A stretch of DNA of 64,000 nt from the human T2T-CHM13v2.0 reference genome, Homo sapiens. The notes beneath the pieces were generated by a model. That model was given only the letters and a program-made list of their open reading frames with translations. It had not been told where the DNA came from and searched no databases. The translations under genes and the position numbers were made by a program. The DNA is taken from the NCBI RefSeq assembly GCF_009914755.1, contig NC_060933.1; one strand, given 5' to 3'. Positions 29,124 to 42,075 of this stretch are shown piece after piece; position 1 is the stretch's first letter, and every line of letters starts with the position of its first letter.

Positions 29124-29135
29124 CTGTCGGGTTTA
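29124..29135 (-). CDS. PTPRD: PTPRD alternative 12-nt microexon (inserts SKPD after the TM helix; 15 nt and SSKPD if the upstream AG is used)
   Basis: gagcag|TAAACCCGACAG|gtgagg; phase 2-2 fits the flanking exons; upstream polypyrimidine tract then TGCTGC; resembles the KPD insert recalled for LAR-family isoforms. Confidence 0.85.
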
Positions 29136-29353
29136 CTGCTCCATTTTAATGCAGCAAAAAAAGGAAAAAGAAAGGCTAAATGTTAGTTGGCCAATGGTAA
29201 CAAGGATAACCATGACAACCAAGATTTAAGAAATAGTGTTCACAAGCAAGGACACATAACTGACATACATTCAGAAGCGACAGCGAATCAAAATATTTAT
29301 AGACCTCTGATTATGAACTAAACAGAGGACATGAAGTTACATCACTGAATACA

Positions 29354-29356
<3 letters not shown>

Positions 29357-29392
<36 letters not shown>
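29357..29392. repeat. (TG)n microsatellite (about 18 units)
   Basis: Direct reading. Confidence 0.95.
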
Positions 29393-29397
<5 letters not shown>

Positions 29398-30659
29398 CAC
29401 GTGCACTTTTATCCATCACCTATAAAATACTGCCACAATTAATTATATCCCAGGAAGTGTTCGACAGTGGAGAGATAATTTGATTTTTAAAAAACATGCT
29501 ATGAGAAAACTAATGTACTCAATGGGAATACAGCATCATTCCATAAAAGAAATTCGTTCATTTAAAATAAAAAGCCTTCAATTAAGAGGTATGTCATTCC
29601 TTTCATGATATAAAATATCTGCAAATTGTATTGAACTATACAGAAATTTGCACAATTGAATAATACACCAAAAGGTAATAAGGTGGCAGAAATGATTTCT
29701 TCAAACACCTCTTGCCACATCTTTTTTCCCATGAAGGATTAAGTGCATCTTCAGTTTAGGAAAATATAATACCCATCATTATAAATCTACAGAGCATGGC
29801 CCATTTATACAGTTGGGCTAATCCAGAAAAACATTTTATTACCAGCCATTGACAGAACATGTATTTTCCTAGTCTGTGGTGCTGTCTGTGAACACAACTA
29901 GTTCATGCTTATAGATCCTTTCACCTGTGATAATATGTTGATTGTGTAAATAACCATATTATTTCTGCAGAGTATAACCTTTTCCTGAAAACAATTAATC
30001 TAAAAATCTTCACTTTGAGGCAAATTGCAAAGTTTTCAGTGAGTTCCCAGTTGCAAAATAAAGGTACTAAGTTTTTCTTAATGCCAATGAAATATATACC
30101 CAAGTGGCTGGAATATCTGGCCCTGTGAGATAATTCAATCCATCTCTTTTCAAAAATAAAAAAATCCACATTTAAATGGTACAAACACACACATACAAAG
30201 TAAATGATGAAAATGATATCAAACACATTGGTTAATTCTTCTTATTCTTAATTTTATAGTGATTTACGTAGTGTGCCAGGTTAAAAAGAATTCTATATAA
30301 ATGTTTCCAATTTGCTCACTTTTTAAAATCAGTGACTTTATCAGGGAATCAGTTGTAGAAAAATCTATGCCTCAGGATGGAAAACCATCTAGTGAATTAT
30401 CAGTTCTATGTATTAAAAGGCTGTTTTGAGTATTCATATGCACAAATTCATAGTTCCAGATAAAGGTCAGCCTCACCATACACCTGGGTACATATGTGGT
30501 ACAAATATCTAAGTTTGAAAGCTTTCACAACTGGTAAATTTAAATTATAGGCCGAGGATTTTATTGCAACTCTTGCCAGCCAAAATAAAGTTGATATTGA
30601 GTGATGGAGTCAACATGTAGAAGGAATTGAGTTTGTTTAATACTGTTTGACTTGTATAC

Positions 30660-31085
30660 ATTTAATTATTCAATATTTTTGTGTGCCAGGCACTCTACTA
30701 GGCAGTAGCAACACAATAATGAATAAGACAGAGTCCTTGACCTGCAGTTTAGTGGAGGCAAAGTGCCAAGAAAAGGGGCATTGACAGTAACGCAGTAGGT
30801 TCTACAACAGACAAGTAGAAAGTACTTTAAGAGCTCAGGAAAAGTGATCCTAAAGCAGCCCGAACTGCTAGAGAGGGGAGGAGAAGAGAGGACAGAAAAT
30901 GAGGCAGGCACCCAGAAAGGCTTGATTTAGTAGGTAGCATCCTAGCTTACTTCCAAAGGATGAGTTGGAGTTATCCAAGCCAAAAGGAGTGGCAGGGGAG
31001 TGACAGGAAAGGCATTCCTAACCTAGGGAGGGCCTACTCAGAAGCCAGAAAGCAGAGTCAACCAGCAGCTTCCAGTATGGTTGGG
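30660..31085 (-). mobile_element. L2 3' fragment
   Basis: tgtgtgccaggcactctactaggc...aatgaataagacagagtccttgacc. Confidence 0.6.
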
Positions 31086-31649
31086 TGTGGCCACATATTT
31101 CTTCATAGCATCTCAAAATATTCTGGACTGCATTTCCTTGATGAGGGCTTGGAACTGTATGGAGGGTTGATACAGAAAGAGAAGACTAAAGACACAAAGC
31201 TTGCAGAGAGCCAGTGTTGGAGCAGGAAAAGGCTGGAAAAACTGAAGCCTACATTTCAGTCTCATCTAGCTCATGGTTTCCACATCCTGGGATGGGGATG
31301 GAAAAATAGTGTGCATGCAGGCTAGATTATTACCATTCAAGGATGTTAATTTTGCCTGAAGTGCATCTCAGACTTCTAGGACCACCTGATCTACACTTTC
31401 TTTGATTCCATAGTATGTAATAAACACTTTTTATCCATCTTGAAATGCTTTTCCATAGAGGTAAGGTTAACAGTTTATTTTTAAATGTTTATTTTTTATA
31501 TAAATAATTCTTGGACAGTTCTGGAATAAAGTCTGAAAAGCCTTACATATGTAACAGATATACAGAATAAGAACTTTCAATTGCCTTGTGAATTTTTTGT
31601 TGGAGTAGATGGACGTGCAGTACCAATACTATTATCTGGTGTTTAATGT

Positions 31650-31825
31650 TTTCAGATTATAGCGCATTATGATTAAAAAGGTCTAATTATCTGGTCCACC
31701 CACTAACTTTGTAATGAAGAAATGTAGGCTCAGAGTGTTGGCATGAATTTCTACCCCATGCAACCAGCTAGTCACAGAACTGGGACTTGGATTCGGGTTT
31801 CTTGGCTCCTCAGTCCAGTACTTGG
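31650..31825 (-). mobile_element. MIR-family fragment
   Basis: aatgaagaaatgtaggctcagag...agaactgggacttggattcgggtttc. Confidence 0.5.
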
Positions 31826-34800
31826 CCGAACGTTGCTACTATCTTATCTCTGGAATGTGTATTTTAAGTCATGGGCCATATAATATTTTTTCAAAATTAT
31901 AGTACAAGAAAATTTATAACATTAAAGATATACCAAATATATTTTAATTTTCTGATGATTCAGAGGGTATTTTAGGGATCTTACCAAGCCCTGGTGATTT
32001 TTTTTTGTTACTGATTATCAATGTATTATAGGTATACAGATTACTAGATTAAAAACAAAAGTTAAATGAACAGAATGCCAGATCAAAGAGTATGCCATTT
32101 CCACATGAATAGATCTAATAGGAATAAGTCTCAAAGTCTCCTCAGACAGCTGGGTAAAATATACTTCTTTATATGATAAAACTATCTGTAGCTACAGACC
32201 TATTGCTAATGCTAGCATCTTAGAAGCAGAGATATATGATAAAGTGGATTATCAATATAATGTGAGTCAACAACGTTTTATTCTCATTCTCTTCTCAAAG
32301 CAGTATTTGCATATGGGAAGTAAAATATTCTGACAATAATAATAATAATAATACTTTCAATTCTGAGTCATTACCAATGACCTGTATATAAACTGAAAGG
32401 CACCTAAAAAGAGGGAATGGACTATTTATTATGTAATTAACTTTGCTCAGAATCCAAGCTATAAAAGACACTATTCATTGGGTACAGAAGATTTCCTTTT
32501 GAACTGCCTCATGATAATCAAGAAGGACATTGTTGGTTCTACTTGAATTTCAAGTCAGGAATGTTCTTTACTGCTGAAGCAAGCATTTCTATTTCAGAAA
32601 TGCTTCATGGGCCTTCAGATGGTTAGCTAAATATACTTAGCATTCGAGGATGTGTGCATTTCCCAACAATTGCATTAGACGATGCTTACATAGGCCCACA
32701 CTAAAATGCTACTCTATTTTAACAGAGTCATAAAACCTTTAAATATGATACTTCTTTTTGTGGGATTAGGAAAAATTATAAGTGAGTTGATTTTTTAAGC
32801 ACTTGCAGATGAAGGAAGAAAATAGTTATCTTTTAAAAATTATTAGGGCTATAATCATATTTCTTCAAATTTACATGACTGATTCACAAATACCATATAC
32901 ATCTGTTGCTTGGTATGATTTAATGATAGCTATGTATATCCAAATAAAACATAACTTAAAAATAAGGCATTAATTTTTCCCATTTCAAATAATCACAAAA
33001 TGTCATGTCATATGGTCTAGAAATACACCTGTCAACAATCCCTTGTTTTTTGACCTACTCCCATAGTAGTATGTGACTACCTAAATCAATATTTCCCAGA
33101 AAACAATTAGAATTATACCACTGCTTTTTATTATTGAATTCTCTTCTGGAAAAAAGTGCAGCGTACAGACAGCAAAGGACACCAGCTCCTGCTTGGACTC
33201 AAACAGGGTCTATGATTACTCACGGGGCAGGTGTGTACCTCATGCTTCCTGCCCTTATCTCTTACATGGAGAGAGGTAATAAAATACAATGGGTTCCTTA
33301 AGATACATGCTTATAGATACAGATTGGAATGGAAGATTCAAATCATCAAATGAGAGGAGATTTTGGCTTTCCACACTTACTTTTTCAGCTATTTTACAGC
33401 ACGGATAATTGAATGATGGCAGTGTTCATGAAAAAAAATAATGATGGATATATCTTTCATTCTTTATAACTCTAAAATAGGATAGGCAATTTAATGGGTT
33501 ATGGTTATGAACTTCTTTCATTTGTCCTTTATTTTCTCAACCCTCTCTTAATGCTGGAATAAAATGAAATGGAGCCTTTTAAAAACAAGTTTTTCAAAAG
33601 AGAAGAGTTTTGAAGGAGTTTCTTTTTTTAAGAGTCAAGATAAGAGGTTATGGGGGAAAAACGTTATTCCAGGGACAGAAGAGCAAGGGAGTGAGGGTGA
33701 AAATAATTAATATAAACCCCCCAAAAGGGAGCTAGATGGGTAGGAAAAAGAGTGAATGGAAATGAGATTATTAGATTAAGCATGTAAGCAAGAATCAAAA
33801 TGAAGATACTCTTTTTAGATTCTGAAGGCCAAGGTTAGGGACAGGGAGAGAAGCTATCTTGTAGTAGAAGGATGAGATCAACTTCACAGTAGCATTTCAA
33901 AATATAACACACCACAAGGAAAACGAGAACATGGATTAAAGTTTTGTGAAAATACAATTTGGATTGGAAAAAAATAAAAATCTATATAAAGGGAAGTAAT
34001 TTTGAATTTAGTCATTTTAAATGTTTAAGAAAGTATATTATATGCTACTCTTTATAAGTTCATATTTATATTATAATTATATTCTTAAGACAGAAAGAAT
34101 TTATAAGAACAATTACTAATGTCCTCTATCTAACTGACTGGCCAGTGCCCTAGGGGAAAAAATCTTATTAGAGATTAGATGTTAGAGGCAGAAATAAAAT
34201 TGAAAAAGAGTGGCATATCAGAAAAATGTGGGTAGACACAGATTATTTGCATCCTAACTGTAGTCAAAGACACTACTCAAATCAACACATGGGCATAATA
34301 AGACTGAGATTATATTTTTTAAAAAAGGAAAATAGTACCTTGGCATCCCTTTTTGGACACATACACGAATTCACCAGTGCAGATGTGGAATAAGAGTTAG
34401 AAGAAAATTGGGAGACGATTCATTCTCCATCCTTCTCTTTTTTTTCCCCTTCCTTAATCCTTAATTTTTATCTGCTTTTGCTAAATTTTGAGAAATAGCT
34501 ACAGGGAGCTATCTCAACACTTGCGCAAATTAGAATTATGATATGTATACAAATTGCAAAATCGTGATAGTGTTTCAAAAAACACACTGAAATCGAGCAA
34601 TTAATTATCTAAAACAATCAAATGAAAGCTTGCATGGAATTATTTGCTTGTGAATGCACTAATGCCTCAATTGTTATGAAAAGTGCTTATCTGCATAAAG
34701 CAGCTCAGAAGATTGGAGGCCAGAATAGATGCATGTTGGACAACAGAAGTCTATACCAAAACTGAATAAGATTCCAAATAGTACAGTCTTTACATTTTGA

Positions 34801-34954
34801 TCTTACTGTAATGTAAACACTTTTCCAAAAATAATTGAAATGGCACTGAAGTATTTCTACTAAAATCAACCACCTAAGGACAGCAGAACAATGATCAAGT
34901 CTTCAAAAATAAGGCAGCCTCCAAAATTACAACAGAAATATTGGGCAAACCTAC

Positions 34955-35115
34955 CTTTTATAAAGAAGAATAGCAATGACAATGCAGATGATAAAGACCA
35001 CTGCAAGGACAGGACCTACAACCCAGATCAAGCCTTCTTCTTCATCCGTGATTGGCTGCGGATCCAGATCCATTGACACCACGGGGTCGGAGTAAGGGCT
35101 GGTTGCATACATCTT
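34955..35115 (-). CDS. PTPRD: PTPRD transmembrane exon, 161 nt ([13 protein letters not shown]...[26 protein letters not shown]), phase 0-2
   Basis: Acceptor ttttcctcag|AAGATG, donor AAAG|gtaggt; encodes a hydrophobic helix of about 25 aa. Confidence 0.96.
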
Positions 35116-36329
35116 CTGAGGAAAAGCAGAGTCTATTTCAGTTATAAAATAATGACTTTCTAGATAAGTACCTTTAACATTAGAAGAAGCAAAAAATCCA
35201 GGAAATAGTGGATTTAATGATAAGTGTGTGATGCAATATTAGCAAAACAGAGGGGAGGGGAGAGGAGAATAAAGAAAAGAAAGGATGGAAGATGTTTTGT
35301 AATACAAATTTCCTTATAGAGTGAACTATTTTATAATAAAATCATTTTGATAGTACAAATTACTTCATAGACACTTTTTATTGGGCTTTCTATATGGTGT
35401 ATTAAATGATCCTATGAAGCGTAAAGTACCAGTAATTAACCAGTTGCAAAATGTTTAATGAACATTTACATTGTGCCAAGGCGTTAGGTGCTGTGTGAAA
35501 ATCAAGAGAAAAACTAGAGTTCTAGCCCTCAAGCCATTATCATACAGTTAAGGAGACCAAAGTACATATTTACAATGCAAAATAAGTCAGTATTTAATTA
35601 AATGTGAATATCGGTAGTCATTAGTACTACTGTGCTTCTTAGTGCTTGGTACTACTTAATACTACTGCATATTAGTTAGGAAATGGAGGCCAAAGCATGA
35701 ACAAATAAAGTCTACAATTTCAAAAGAGAATTCCACAGTTCAAATTACAGATGCGAGATGTACAGAATTGATGATATGGCTTTATAAAATATAGAATTTT
35801 TAGAACTTAAAAGAATTCAGCAGTTCTCACTTAGTTTTATTACAGTTATTGCTCAGAGATTGGTATGTTTGTTCTCAATAGACAACTGATAATATACTTT
35901 TTAAGAATACAGTTACTTGGAGAAGAAATGGACTAAATATCGATGATTTTTATTTCTATGATATCCGATCCCATTTAGTTCTGTCCTATTTTAGCCTATA
36001 TTAGGAAAACATCTTCTTGGCTCTACCTGCCCCCTTCAAGGCCCTATCTTCCACTTTCCAATCCAACAGAAACTAATCCATATCCACTAACTGCCCTGCT
36101 TCTACCACTCACTCCTCATCTCTTCTCACTCCAAACCACCATTGGTCCTATTTTTTTTTTTTTCATTTGCCAAATCTAATTGCCTTTATTTACTCTTTAC
36201 CTTTCTAGACAATTTTTCCAGATTTGCCTTCTTTAAAACTTTTATCTCTGGCTCTCTCAATTTTGAATTAAACCAGTCCCATCCTCATCTTTCCAACTGC
36301 TCATGCCCTGCTGAGTTAATTATCTCTGA

Positions 36330-36494
<165 letters not shown>

Positions 36495-36499
36495 TGAAC

Positions 36500-37530
36500 C
36501 CGTATTCTTAAGTTCTATTCTCTACTAGCATCTCTTGTCCTCTCTTATCTGGCAAGGTCAGCCCAAGCTTTAACTATCAACCTCCATGCAGAATCTGTCT
36601 CTTCATTAATGTTCCTAAACTCAGATACTCTATGAAATCCCAGATCTTCATTTCCAATCATTTCTAGAGACCCCTACATATATGTTCAAATTAGTATGAG
36701 TTTCTTAATTTTTCCCAGATCCTTCTTCCCTTCCTCCTCACTTCCCAAATTCTCTCATCCTCTCAGTATCTAAGAATGGATACTGATTTTACCTTACAGA
36801 AAAAAGGAATAGAATGGAAACACTGATATTAGCTAATCAGTGTCCCCCAGGTCCATCTGCTCTTCTTCTAGTCTCATGAGTGCCACTTTTCTTTAGGCCC
36901 TTACTTATGTGCTCCTAACTATACCAAGAGCTTCTTCCTTCCTCTCATAGTCTCCACTGCTGCTAGAGGTATCATCCTAAACTGCAACTATAAAGCCTTC
37001 AAGAGGCTCTCTCTTGATTCCCAAATAAAACGTAGATAACTTAGCATGGTTCTCAAGGGCATCCACAATTTTACTTTAAACTTGCTTACGACACACAACA
37101 CATTCCATCACAGTGGGCTTCTTGCTACTACTCCCTAAAGGCTCTATTCTTGTTCCTCAACTCCCTCACAAGTTCCACAACATTTAGCTCCTGAAATTGA
37201 ACAACTCTCCAGGCCCCCACTTGAATACTGCCTCCAATGAAACCACCTCTTTTTAATTGACTGGCAGTGATCGGTCATTCCCCTCTACTAAAAAAACCAA
37301 AAAAGATAAAAATAACACAGCTAAATTTTTATTTAGTCCTTGTTTTTTTAAATGGTACTCACCAAACTGTATTTTGGCTTTTTATTTGTATATATACTTC
37401 ATTTTCTTTGGCGAAACTACAGACTCCTAGAAGGTAGGGATTTATATATTATTTGTGTTTATATGCTTAAAGCAGCTAGCAATGAACCTTGTACTTAGTG
37501 GGTTCTCAGCAAATCTTGGCTGAATAAGAC
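36500..37530 (+). mobile_element. Degraded L2 fragments
   Basis: Pyrimidine-rich L2-like stretch ending tagtgggttctcagcaaatcttggctgaat; approximate. Confidence 0.5.
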
Positions 37531-40009
37531 AAAAAATGTTCATCTTTTCAAATGGCTGAAATTGTCAAGACATCAGTATATATGCTCACTTTTCATGATT
37601 GGTACATATATTTAAATGTTTTAACCTGCATCTTTAAAAAATTTAGTTTATGGCATCTATTCTGAATTTAAGTACAATGAGCTTGGCCATCAAGCAGGAG
37701 AACAGATGTTCCACTGAATGCTTGTATACTACTCTTCTCTCTCATTTTCGTCATTGTGCCCAGGAAAGAGACTGACTAGATTTGCAGATTTTCTAACGCA
37801 TTACAAGAAGATAAAAACTCAGTATATATGTCCAAGCTTCTCAGAGGCAGCCAAAAAAAAAAAAAAAAAAAAAAAAAAGATGTGTATGGTATGAGGATTG
37901 ACACAAAGGACTTGGCAAAGAACTATATATCTAAGAAACATGATTTTTTATATAATTGTTTTGGTTTATGCTTTACCCACTCCATTTTGTAGGTGATGTT
38001 AAAACAGTTTCATAGACAGAACTAGGCAATACTGTCTCATTTGAAATTCTTTACCAAGAACCTTTAAGATAATAATCACGGTCCATTGAGATGGAAGTCT
38101 AAGCACAGGTTTTCCCAAAGAACATAGATTTCCAACCCATTCAAGAAACAGAGACATATGAAAATGAAAAGAAAACAAAATCATAAAATGATACCAGCCT
38201 AATGAAAAATATAATTTCTTGTGCGTGGCAATAAGAGATTAAATTTTGGATAATTCCAAACCAGTTATCTGACATTCTTAATATGAGACAAAGGATTAGG
38301 GGATAGCTTGTGTCTTTGAGAGGGACGGAGAAGTATTTTCTCTTTGCAAATTACCAGTCTACCCTTGGAACATTGTTATAAACTGATATGGAAATTTGAG
38401 GCTTACACAAAGGCTTTATTACTGCAAAATGACTCTAGCTGGATACAAGTCTCTCCTAGGCCTGCAAATATTTATGATATATAAAGAAAATAAATATCAT
38501 AGATATTTGAAAGCAATGCTGAGAAAGATGATAGAATAAAGGGGCAACTTCATTAACAAATTTGGAAAAAATTCTTGATTCTGTAATTAATAAACAGATG
38601 ACATACTAAAGAAAGGGGCAGACTCTTTATCAGTTGTGACACATTTAAAACACTAGCGGAAGACATCAGAAACCACAGTGTGTAGTTCAGTGGTTCAGTC
38701 TGCAGGATCGAATGAGATTTCTCTTCTTTGCTAGATTCTCTGATCTACCTCAATGCTCTAAGTATGCTTTTTGAAATGTTCCTAGAGCTATTAAAAGAAA
38801 TTTCCTCTCAAATATTTAAAAGTCATTTTTGAATAAAAGAAAAAGATGATTTCTTAACATTCCATTCCCTTGATGTTCTGCCTTAAAACCTTCAACTAGA
38901 AAGAGAAAGCATATCTGAACATTAAAATTCCAGGAAGGCCATTACTTTGTTTTCAAATGACATTCTGAGCACAAAGGTAAACCAGGCAGAGAGGCTGCCT
39001 TTGTGTTTTGATTTTCCACGGGGGAATTCTTTCAGTCACTTGAAGAGAGGCCCCACTGTACACACTAACACCTGATGTGGAGAAATCTTTGATACATTGT
39101 GAGCTGCTTCTATATGGGAAATGACTGGCTCAACTGGGTTGCCACACCTGTCATATTTAGACACCGATTAGAAAACGAAGTTTATAATATGTATATTAAA
39201 TGTTCATGTGTACTGCCACTTCAAAATTCACCCCCTGCCTATCTACAATATCTCTCCCCTTTTTTTTTTTAAACATTCAAAGTAACTGAAGCATAAAATG
39301 ACATATAAGCAAGATGGATTACATAAAAGAAGAAAACTCATTATTTAGAATACCTTAGGAATTCTCTCTTTTATTAAATTATTTTCTAACTTTCTTGGCT
39401 TTTCACTGATACAGTCACTCATAAATTTCTACAATTAAAGAGGCTGCTGTATTTGCCTCTTTCTAGATAGACCTTCCTCATGAATCCGGGTAGAGGCACT
39501 GTGGTCTCACTTGGCAGATATAGGAGAATAAATACAATCACCCCCAAAGTCAGTATTTTCAGAAATATGCCATGTTGAATGGCCAAGCTTGTGAGTTCCC
39601 ATTGCAATCACAGGGGCTAATGTCAACCAGGTATTATGCAACAGTCTCCTTTTTTGGACAACAGTCATTTTGAAAGGATGATGGAAGGAGATTGTAAGCA
39701 ATGATGGTTCTAACACCATGATATTTGTGTTACATCAGAAGGTATCAAGAACCATGTCCTATCGATCTGGAACTTCATAAACTAGAGGGCCACCTAAATT
39801 TCCTTCATCAGAGACATAGTCTCATTTGTAATGCAGTCTCAAGGAGTATATTGAGCAATGTTCAAAGAGTAGGCAGCCTGTTATTACACTTAATAACAGT
39901 TCATGAGAAATAATGAGGATGGATATACCCACAAATCCCCAAATAACCACATTCCAGTGAAAATGTATAAGCGTACCATAGGAAACAGATGCCATCATAA
40001 TTAACTTAC

Positions 40010-40219
40010 AGACTCTGCATGTTCCATTACTGCTAACACAAAGAAGACATATTCTTGACCACTTTGGAGTTGCTTGTTTGTAAATCCACCATAATGCTTG
40101 TCATCCCCCAGGGTGAACTCAGTGGGAAGGACATCAAAGTGAGCGGCAATATATGGCTTTAATTCAACTTCTCTCCCATAACGGATGCTTCTGCGCTTCC
40201 TAGATATCTCCTTAAGCAG
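40010..40219 (-). CDS. PTPRD: PTPRD coding exon, 210 nt ([13 protein letters not shown]...MEHAES), contains the RKRR proprotein-convertase site, phase 0-0
   Basis: Acceptor ttttccttaag|CTGCTT, donor TCT|gtaagt; manual translation gives 70 codons with no stop; not in the ORF track. Confidence 0.95.
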
Positions 40220-41919
40220 CTTAAGGAAAAAAGTGGGAAACAGAAAAAGAACTGTAAATAATAACCCAGCTTATTGATAATTTAATGAGATAAATTAATT
40301 CAGAACTGGGAACAACCCAAATGCAATTTGTTCACATTTCATATAGCACATCAGCATCACTAAATCTCAGTTCTCTCAATATTTCAAATGCTTCTCTTCC
40401 TGTTAAGGTAGAGGTAAGATACTGGACTGCTCTGACAAGGTCTAGGCTATAAACACAGGGCAATGAGGTCCTTTGCTGTAGCTCATTTCATTTCCTACAC
40501 TAATGAAATTCTCTCAAAGTGCATCATAACTTGTCTAAGGAAAAAAGTCAGCTTGATTCATAAAAGCCTTGCCCTGCAGGAGATTTATTAAATAAGTATT
40601 AACCTCAGACAAAGCCATCTAAATCTTTAAATATAGCCACATTTTAGAAGAGGTTAGTGCCACTTTAGATTGTTTTGAGTAATGAGATAACTCATATGAT
40701 ACAAATTCCCTCAAATCAGCAGAAGCAGAATCCAATAAACAATTTTTAATATACACATATTAAATAGACATTGTTACTCATTTACCAATTTCTGACTTGA
40801 CTTAGCTCCCTGGTTAGGCAATTAGGGTGCACTTCCTTACACTTTATCATGGAGTCAACTTTTTCTAGAATTGACCTCTCTTGGGAGTGTGTATATATTG
40901 CCAGATAATATAGGCAAGGTAGATGAAAATTAATTTTAGTACTGCCCTGAAGAAAACACACATGCACATGTATATACAGATGCTTCATGTATTTCTAAAG
41001 AAAAGAGATAGAGTTTATTTCTGGATAACCTATTATTTTTCATTGACTCCTTCATTACGAGAAAATCATACTAACAGTGGTTATGAACACTGATTTCAAA
41101 GTTACCTTTGACTTCTCCAATTAAAATTGGTATTTCACAGGGTTTAACAAGGGAAAGGTCTGTATTAGTCTGGGATGCCTGTTGATGTAAGCAGCAGTCT
41201 TTTCGCCATTTTCTTGGGAAGAATTTTTATTTTATTTATTTTAATATCTATGTATTAATAGAAAAGTCTATGTATTTGAGGACAAACTGGAAAAAGGAAT
41301 GAACCTTGTCTTCACCTTGATAAACAAAATTAAGATACTTATGGAAACAGTGCAGCAAAACTATTTACTAGCCCTGTTTTTGTAAATAGAAATGATCTAG
41401 TAAGAACCAAAGTGTGATCTCTACTTAGTAGAATGAGAGCCTGGCATGATCAAGGCTAGGCTTCTGTGATAAAATGGCTTCAGACTGTATATATGATAAA
41501 CACTGAATTCTTCCATTAGGAATTTGATCGTACGTTACAGTCCCTCCTACACTGGGAGTAGTAAATGTGTTCAGCTGGTTCAAAATTGTATCCTAAAAAT
41601 GTAAAAAACCAGTTTTTCAGTTACAGGAAAATTTTGGCCGACATTATTTTTCAATAATATTTAATTTATAACGTGCTAAAATTTTCTGTGAATTTAAGTT
41701 TATTGATGCAATTAAAATTACATGAAATGTAAGCTGTTTTAGGAAAACCACGGTAGATTGGGCATCACTTGTTTAGCAAAATTGGACCATCCCATAATAA
41801 ATTCAGTTATGCTGATCAATTATGCACCAATTGGCCAGTAAAAACACAAGGCCAGAAAGGTAGCACTATCTTTTAATCTTGTTGTCAAATTTAGCTTTAC
41901 TTATAATACTGATAATTAT

Positions 41920-42075
41920 AACAATAATAGTTTTCATTTATTAAGCAATTACTGAGTGCCAGACACTGTTCTAGGGATCCTAAACATGCATTAGCTCCAA
42001 TTTACTCCTCGTAATAACCCTATAAGGATGGCTAATATTATCCTCATTTTATAAATGAGGAAACTGAGGCACAAT
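41920..42075 (-). mobile_element. MIR SINE
   Basis: tatcctcattttataaatgaggaaactgaggcaca core. Confidence 0.8.
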
